A stretch of 64,000 bases of DNA from Nitrososphaerota archaeon. Its GTDB lineage: Archaea > Thermoproteota > Nitrososphaeria_A > Caldarchaeales > Caldarchaeaceae. The stretch spans positions 544,001 to 608,000 of the forward strand of contig JBEPYN010000002.1 of the NCBI GenBank assembly GCA_041641305.1, given 5' to 3'. The translations under genes and the position numbers were made by a program. The notes below the pieces were generated by a model. That model was not told the DNA's origin and did no database searches. It saw nothing but the letters and a program-made list of their open reading frames with translations. Position 1 is the stretch's first letter; each line of letters starts with the position of its first letter. Positions 58,860 to 64,000 of the stretch are shown piece after piece.

Positions 58860-59729
58860 ATGATGACACCTGAGGAGGTTGCGAGATGCTGCACACTCGG
58901 CCTCTTGCTTGAGCTCGCGACATCGCCAAAACCCGGGCTGGTTGACAGGCTGTCCAATCCCGCTGCCTATGCACAGTTCACCGCCTCTGCCGTCGCGCTG
59001 TATAGATCTTTTTTGAATGCAGGTAAAGGCATGACCGTTGGCGAGGCCGTTCTACATTCATCCCGTGAGATGCTGAGCTGGCAGAAAGGAGGGAACACAC
59101 ATCTCGGCGCCATCCTACTTTTAACACCCATCGCAAAAGCAGCCGTCGCTGCACAAAAATTCGGGAATCTACGCCGCAGCTTATCGAAAACACTCAAGGA
59201 AATGGATCACAGAGACTTGCACAAGATCTTGACCGCCATAAAGCTGGTGCAGCCTGGTGCGCTGGGAAAGGTAGCATACCTTGACGTTAACAACGTGAAA
59301 ACATACGAATTGGTGAAGCGTCGCAAGACCTCTGTCACCGAAGCGTTTAAACCCTACACACGTGTTGAAGTCGTAGCTCATGAATACTGCACAAACTACC
59401 AAGCCAGCATAATGTATGGCTACCGGTATCTAAAAAAAAGAATAGACCACGAGGACTGGAACACGGCGGGGCTAAACACGTTCCTAAACATTTTACAGAA
59501 TCTCCCGGATAGCCACGTGTCACGCAGGCAGGGTAGACACGCCGCCAGAATTCTCTCCAGAATGGCTAAACAGGTTCTCGATGCTGGGGGAGTGGGCACT
59601 GCTGAAGGCGGCCGCAGATACACTCAGCTAATCAAAATCGTTAAGAGAGCGGGAATGAAGCCCGCTGCGGCCGCAGACATATTGGCCGTAGCCTACACCC
59701 TGCTTCTGCTAAACGGCTGGAGACCATGA
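58860..59729 (+). CDS. Triphosphoribosyl-dephospho-CoA synthase (CitG) family protein
   Basis: LEL..PKPGLVDR, NTHLGAILL, PDSHV.R..G, PAAAAD. Confidence 0.85.
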   Translation: MMTPEEVARCCTLGLLLELATSPKPGLVDRLSNPAAYAQFTASAVALYRSFLNAGKGMTVGEAVLHSSREMLSWQKGGNTHLGAILLLTPIAKAAVAAQKFGNLRRSLSKTLKEMDHRDLHKILTAIKLVQPGALGKVAYLDVNNVKTYELVKRRKTSVTEAFKPYTRVEVVAHEYCTNYQASIMYGYRYLKKRIDHEDWNTAGLNTFLNILQNLPDSHVSRRQGRHAARILSRMAKQVLDAGGVGTAEGGRRYTQLIKIVKRAGMKPAAAADILAVAYTLLLLNGWRP

Positions 59730-59734
59730 TTTCC

Positions 59735-60025
59735 TCATGCCCGTGAGAGGTAGATGAAGATTGTGAAGCCTGCGAAACCTATTACGTTGAGCATGAGCAG
59801 CGGCGTCGCGATATGCATTTCTTCGCTGTAGGCGAAGGACATCATGTAGAAAATGTATGCGGCGTATAGATGTTGAATTAGGAAAACCGTGGTCAAGGCA
59901 ACCAAGGCGTTCGTGAACTTTGTTCTCGCATATTTTCTGGTGAGGAGATAGTTGCGTAAGGAGTAGAGCAGCCCAATCACAATCATCAGCGATATCAGGA
60001 TGTTTATCAGCCAGAGCGGGCCCAT
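59735..60025 (-). CDS. 3-TM membrane protein coupled to the wHTH regulator
   Basis: Three hydrophobic segments, RNY..RTKFT.AL; overlaps the wHTH gene. Confidence 0.65.
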   Translation of the reverse strand: MGPLWLINILISLMIVIGLLYSLRNYLLTRKYARTKFTNALVALTTVFLIQHLYAAYIFYMMSFAYSEEMHIATPLLMLNVIGFAGFTIFIYLSRA

Positions 60026-60336
60026 GAAACACGCGCCCGTGAACCGCCTAAAACCTCGCTTACAACAGACTCGAGTATGTCCATGTTTTCGGAAAGCACG
60101 GGAGAGAGCCTGTATTTCACGTCATACCTTCCCTCATCCGCCTCGACTAAATTGTTCTCTATGAGAAACTCGAGGTGATGCAGGATGGTTTTGTAGTTTA
60201 GGCGCAGCGCTTTAGCGAGTTGGTTGGCGTTGGCGGGGCCGTCTCGAAGCTTTAAAATTATGAGCAAGCGGGTGGGGCCTCCGCGTGTTCCTAAAAGAAC
60301 CCAACGGAAAAAAGTCTTGATGGGCCTGTCCGACAA
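60007..60336 (-). CDS. ArsR-type winged helix-turn-helix regulator
   Basis: GTRGGPTR, PANANQLA, YKTILHHLEFL..NNLV, GRY. Confidence 0.85.
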   Translation of the reverse strand: MSDRPIKTFFRWVLLGTRGGPTRLLIILKLRDGPANANQLAKALRLNYKTILHHLEFLIENNLVEADEGRYDVKYRLSPVLSENMDILESVVSEVLGGSRARVSWARSG

Positions 60337-60363
60337 ATCAAGTACCTGAATAGTTGTCGAGAC

Positions 60364-61194
60364 TTAAGCTTTTCCCTTGTAAACGAGGGCGATGGGTCTC
60401 ACGAGAGAGCCTGTACCACCGACTATTTTCAAGGGGGTGACAACCAGCACCGAGACATATGCTTTGTCTCTGGCCAGCTCCTCGAGGTAGAGGCTTTTCA
60501 TCACATGTGTTCCGGCGTCGACGAGGAACATTAGATGGACTGTGAAGGGCTTCGGAACAGCCATGGCTAGGTTGTCGATACCGAGGAGGGAGATTTTATG
60601 GTCTATGAGCCATTTGGCCGATTCCTCAGTTATTCCTGCGAAGTCGTGCAGATACTTCTCCTTGTCTGTTGTGAAGTAGCGTGAGTACCCTGTTCTGATG
60701 AGGACTGCGTCTCCCTCGTTTATCTCCGTTTTCTGAAACTTGAGGGCCTCCTCCAAATCCTGTGCTGTTATGCCGTAGCGTGGCGGGAGAATGTCGAGGT
60801 TCTTTGACGCAGGGATGTCAAGCAGGACGGCTCTCTTGACGTAGATGGGTATTTCCTCGGTGCCGTACTTTATGTAGCCGCTGTGTTTAACAATTTCAGC
60901 TGCCTTGACACCGTTATGCAGTATCCCATCGCGGGCCATGTGGCATTTGGCATCAATATGTGTCCCGGAATGCATGCTGGTTATCACAAGCTCCATCGAG
61001 TCCGAGAACCCGGGAGCAACTTTTTCAAACAGCTTCTTAGTGTACTCGTGGTACCTGTAAATCACCATAGAGTATGGAGGGTCTTCGGGGTGGACGGGCA
61101 TGCCGTTGAAATATGGTTGCCCGAGGTCGTACACCTTCGCAGAGGAAACCATTTTCACAAAATCTTCAAGAGAGGTCATGACAAACTTATTCAT
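60364..61194 (-). CDS. Cyclase family (kynurenine formamidase-like) metallohydrolase
   Basis: HSGTHIDAKCH, GDAVLIRTG, LGIDN, PLKIVGGTGS.VRP. Confidence 0.88.
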   Translation of the reverse strand: MNKFVMTSLEDFVKMVSSAKVYDLGQPYFNGMPVHPEDPPYSMVIYRYHEYTKKLFEKVAPGFSDSMELVITSMHSGTHIDAKCHMARDGILHNGVKAAEIVKHSGYIKYGTEEIPIYVKRAVLLDIPASKNLDILPPRYGITAQDLEEALKFQKTEINEGDAVLIRTGYSRYFTTDKEKYLHDFAGITEESAKWLIDHKISLLGIDNLAMAVPKPFTVHLMFLVDAGTHVMKSLYLEELARDKAYVSVLVVTPLKIVGGTGSLVRPIALVYKGKA

Positions 61195-61203
61195 GGCGAT
61201 GAT

Positions 61204-62418
61204 TTAAATTGTTTGTGAAAATGTTTTCACAATCCCTTTTTCCTCGAGTTCGCGGATTTTTCGACGGGAGTATCCCAATTGTCTGAGAATTGTTTCTGTG
61301 TGTTCACCGAGGCGGGGCGCAGGCCCCTGACTTGTTGGAAACCCTTGGAAAAACGCTGTAAGCCTGACTGCCAAGGCCTCGCCTATCGTGGGATGATGCA
61401 TCGGCGAGAACAATCCCAAGGATGCGAGGTTTTCATCGCTTAAAACATCTCTCAGCGAATAAACCGGGCCCGCGGGAATTCCCTCATTCTGAAATAGTGT
61501 GACCCATTCTTTCGAGGTTTTTTCTACGAGGGTTTTCTGGAGTTCGGAAGCCAAGTGGCCCCTGTTCCGAGGATTTATCCTGTCTTGATTGGTTCTGAAT
61601 CTCTCATCCTGCATCAAGTCTTCGCGTCCTATTGTGGTGCATAGGCGGCGCCACTGTTCATCGTTTCCAACGGCTACGACTATCCAGCCGTCCTTTGTTC
61701 GGAAGGGTTCGTAGGGTGCAAGCGCTGGGTACTTGTTGCCGAATGGCTTAACCTCCTGTTTGGTGACCCATGTGTCGACAAGCCACTGAGAAACAGCTGC
61801 AACACCCATCTGCAGCAAGGAAGAATCAATCTTAACCGCTTTCCTGTCACGTTTCCTGAGATGAAGAGCGGCGCATACCGCGGTTGCCGCACCGTAGGCG
61901 GCGAGAATGTCTGTGATGGGAACTGGTAGACGCATGGGTTCGGCTCCTTGTTCACGGTTCATCCACATCAGGCCGCTCATCGCCTGTACAACAACATCAT
62001 AGCCCTTGTAGTCTCGGTAAACACCCTGTGAACCAAAGCCCGAGATTGAGCAGTAAATGATTCGTTTGTTTAGACGTTTCACCTCTTCATAGGAGAGACC
62101 GAGTTTGGAGAGTGTTCCCGGTCTATAATTCTCTACCAAGACATCGACCCTGCGTACCAGTTTTTTGACTATTGCGAGTCCGTCTTCCTTCTTGATGTCG
62201 ACGGCGAGGCTGAGCTTGTTTCTGTTGTAGTTGATGAAGTAAAGGCTTTCACCTTTCACGATTTTTCCAAAGTGTCTTGCATCATCTCCATGCAGCGGAT
62301 GCTCCACTTTAACCACTTTAGCACCCATTTCGGCGAGAATTGCACCACACAATGGACCAGCGATAGCGGTACCTATCTCAAGCACAGACACATCTTCCAG
62401 CGGCGCAGCTGTTCTCAT
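61204..62418 (-). CDS. Family III CoA-transferase (CaiB/BaiF)
   Basis: IAGP, GAKVVKVE, NRNKLS, ENYRPG, SISGFG, GYD..QAMSG, ITD, APRLGEHT. Confidence 0.93.
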   Translation of the reverse strand: MRTAAPLEDVSVLEIGTAIAGPLCGAILAEMGAKVVKVEHPLHGDDARHFGKIVKGESLYFINYNRNKLSLAVDIKKEDGLAIVKKLVRRVDVLVENYRPGTLSKLGLSYEEVKRLNKRIIYCSISGFGSQGVYRDYKGYDVVVQAMSGLMWMNREQGAEPMRLPVPITDILAAYGAATAVCAALHLRKRDRKAVKIDSSLLQMGVAAVSQWLVDTWVTKQEVKPFGNKYPALAPYEPFRTKDGWIVVAVGNDEQWRRLCTTIGREDLMQDERFRTNQDRINPRNRGHLASELQKTLVEKTSKEWVTLFQNEGIPAGPVYSLRDVLSDENLASLGLFSPMHHPTIGEALAVRLTAFFQGFPTSQGPAPRLGEHTETILRQLGYSRRKIRELEEKGIVKTFSQTI

Positions 62419-62486
62419 CTGAGGATGAATGTCTCTGAGGAATTTAAAATCAAAGTTAAAAGGTTCTACACATATTCTACTCTGCT

Positions 62487-63284
62487 ATGACCGAGTATAA
62501 ACACATCATCTACCAGAAATTTCCGGAAGACAAGGTGGCTGTCATAACTTTCAACAGACCTGAGGCGCGGAACGCCATGAGCGTGGCCATGTTGACTGAA
62601 TTTAATGATGCTCTGCACAAGGCTGCCGATGACCCGGAGGTTTGGTCGATTATTGTGACAGGTGCGGGTGATAAGGCGTTTTGCTCAGGAGGGGATGCGA
62701 AAGAGTTTCTAGCCAACGTTGAGGCGGGAAAAATCAGCGAGATAGAGAAGTTCAACAGGTTCAACCTCGATGTCTGGAGGTTTATGGAGAAGATGAGGAA
62801 ACCAATCATAGCCGCTGTCAACGGGTTCTGCAACATTGAGGTCATTCAGGCAGTGGATATTGTTATCACCAGCCAGAACGCGAAGTTTGGCCTTCCAGAG
62901 GTCACCATAGGCGTCAGCCCCGGAGCCGGGATAACTGTGAGAATCCCGCGTTTCCTCAGCAAATACTGGGCGAAGTATTTTCTGTTCACTGGTGAGTGGG
63001 TGTCGGCGGAGGAGGGCTACAGGCTCGGCTTCGTAAACAAGGTGGTTCCGCATGAGAAGCTGATGGAGGAGGCGATGGCCCTGGCCCGTAAGATAAACAA
63101 GAACGCGCCGCTCGCAGTCGGCGCTACGAAGGCATGCGTAAACCTCGGCGGAGAAATGCCGATAGACGAGGGAATGGAGTATCAGCTCAAGGAATCCATC
63201 CTGATGTTCTACACCGAGGACCTCAAAGAAGGAATAAGGGCGAGGTTTTACGAGAAGCGGGAGCCAAGATTCACAGGGAAATAG
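62487..63284 (+). CDS. Enoyl-CoA hydratase/isomerase (crotonase) family protein, atypical
   Basis: NRPEARNA, AFCSGGD, KPIIAAVNG, FGLPEV, TEDLKEG, REPRFTGK. Confidence 0.88.
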   Translation: MTEYKHIIYQKFPEDKVAVITFNRPEARNAMSVAMLTEFNDALHKAADDPEVWSIIVTGAGDKAFCSGGDAKEFLANVEAGKISEIEKFNRFNLDVWRFMEKMRKPIIAAVNGFCNIEVIQAVDIVITSQNAKFGLPEVTIGVSPGAGITVRIPRFLSKYWAKYFLFTGEWVSAEEGYRLGFVNKVVPHEKLMEEAMALARKINKNAPLAVGATKACVNLGGEMPIDEGMEYQLKESILMFYTEDLKEGIRARFYEKREPRFTGK

Positions 63285-63869
63285 CTATTCACGAGGAGAA
63301 GGCTCCCTCACAAACAACCTATACTTTTCATCTTTGTTTTTTATTTCCTGAACAATTCTCTTGACTATGGCTTCGACAGGGTTTGGGAGACCGGTCCTGT
63401 TTTTCACATCTTCGAAGCTTGTGAAACTTGCGTTATCCCTCTCCGTCAAAAATTTTTGGAGCATCTTCTTCCCTATTCCGGGAACGAGCTCCAAGGCATG
63501 CATCCTAGGCGTCAGCATCCCGCTGTTGTTGATAAAATCAAGAAACCTCTGCGGATGCTCTTCAACAATTTTGTGGACAGCGGGCTCGAGGTTGGCGATA
63601 GCTGTCTCCGTCAAATCCATGTAATCTATTCTCCTAACTATCCGGAGAATTTCTCTCGGCACATCTCTCCCTATGTAGAGTTTTGTGCCTGGTTTTGGCT
63701 TGAATTTTTCGTTGACGGCGACTTCGAGAAGTGTGAAGAAATCTTCGCCAAGTAATTGTACGATGTATTCGTTGCGGTCGTGGTGAAATTTTTGGAACCC
63801 TGCTCTCTGCTGAGCGGGAAAAACGTCTAAAACATATCCATAATCCTCGTAACGTTTTTGACGCTGCAT
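63285..63869 (-). CDS. DUF655 family putative nucleic-acid-binding protein
   Basis: YEDYGYVLD, GEDFFTLLE, TPRMHALELVPGIGKK (HhH), F.SFED. Confidence 0.88.
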   Translation of the reverse strand: MQRQKRYEDYGYVLDVFPAQQRAGFQKFHHDRNEYIVQLLGEDFFTLLEVAVNEKFKPKPGTKLYIGRDVPREILRIVRRIDYMDLTETAIANLEPAVHKIVEEHPQRFLDFINNSGMLTPRMHALELVPGIGKKMLQKFLTERDNASFTSFEDVKNRTGLPNPVEAIVKRIVQEIKNKDEKYRLFVREPSPRE

Positions 63870-63882
63870 GTTTTTTCCCGCT

Positions 63883-64000
63883 TTATTGAAGGCGGCCGGC
63901 TACAGCGTCTTCAACGAGCTTAACAACGGTCCGCATCTTTTCCTCTGAGAAGAGAAGGAAGGAGACAAGACGCTTGTATCCGCTTAAAATGGCTCGCAGC
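63883..64000 (-). CDS. rpoF: RNA polymerase subunit F (Rpo4), C-terminal part, truncated by the window edge
   Basis: ..LRAILSGYKRLVSFLLFSEEKMRTVVKLVEDAVAGRLQ*; rpoF usually precedes DUF655. Confidence 0.6.
   Translation of the reverse strand, partial: LRAILSGYKRLVSFLLFSEEKMRTVVKLVEDAVAGRLQ

Noticed and set aside
1-64000. CRISPR array, rRNA, transposase or integrase
   Set aside because: No regularly spaced repeats, rRNA-like tracts or recombinase/DDE motifs were seen

Overview
Archaeal chromosomal DNA, densely coding. It carries archaeal-type information genes (Spt5, Rpo6, Rpo4, thermosome, NAC, EF-1beta, L39e, P0/P1) and a tRNA with a bulge-helix-bulge (BHB) intron. Gene content suggests a TACK lineage, most plausibly Caldarchaeales/'Aigarchaeota'-like; this is inferred, not verified. 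About 72 protein genes are supported. Four are missing from the ORF track: an RHH regulator (23468-23617), rpl39e (28492-28641), secE (39083-39253) and a partial rpoF at the right edge. There are three tRNAs (Phe with a 24/25 intron, Gly, Met) and one decayed tRNA-like element. No CRISPR array, rRNA, integrase or transposase was seen. Best candidates for undescribed biology: (1) an AT-rich cassette at 53.7-58.0 kb with an intact KaiC/RAD55 ATPase, an inactive-KaiC-V4R sensor fusion, a UbiA prenyltransferase and a class I isoprenoid-synthase-fold enzyme, possibly making and sensing an isoprenoid signal; (2) a stand-alone AT-rich gene beside tRNA-Phe that fuses a YTH/EVE-like modified-base reader to an MCM-like AAA+ ATPase, a candidate defence gene; (3) an Spt5 with a ~150-aa domain inserted in its NGN domain; (4) a wHTH/ATP-cone/catalytically dead NrdD fusion that looks like a nucleotide-sensing regulator. 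All family calls come from recognising motifs by eye; no searches were run.
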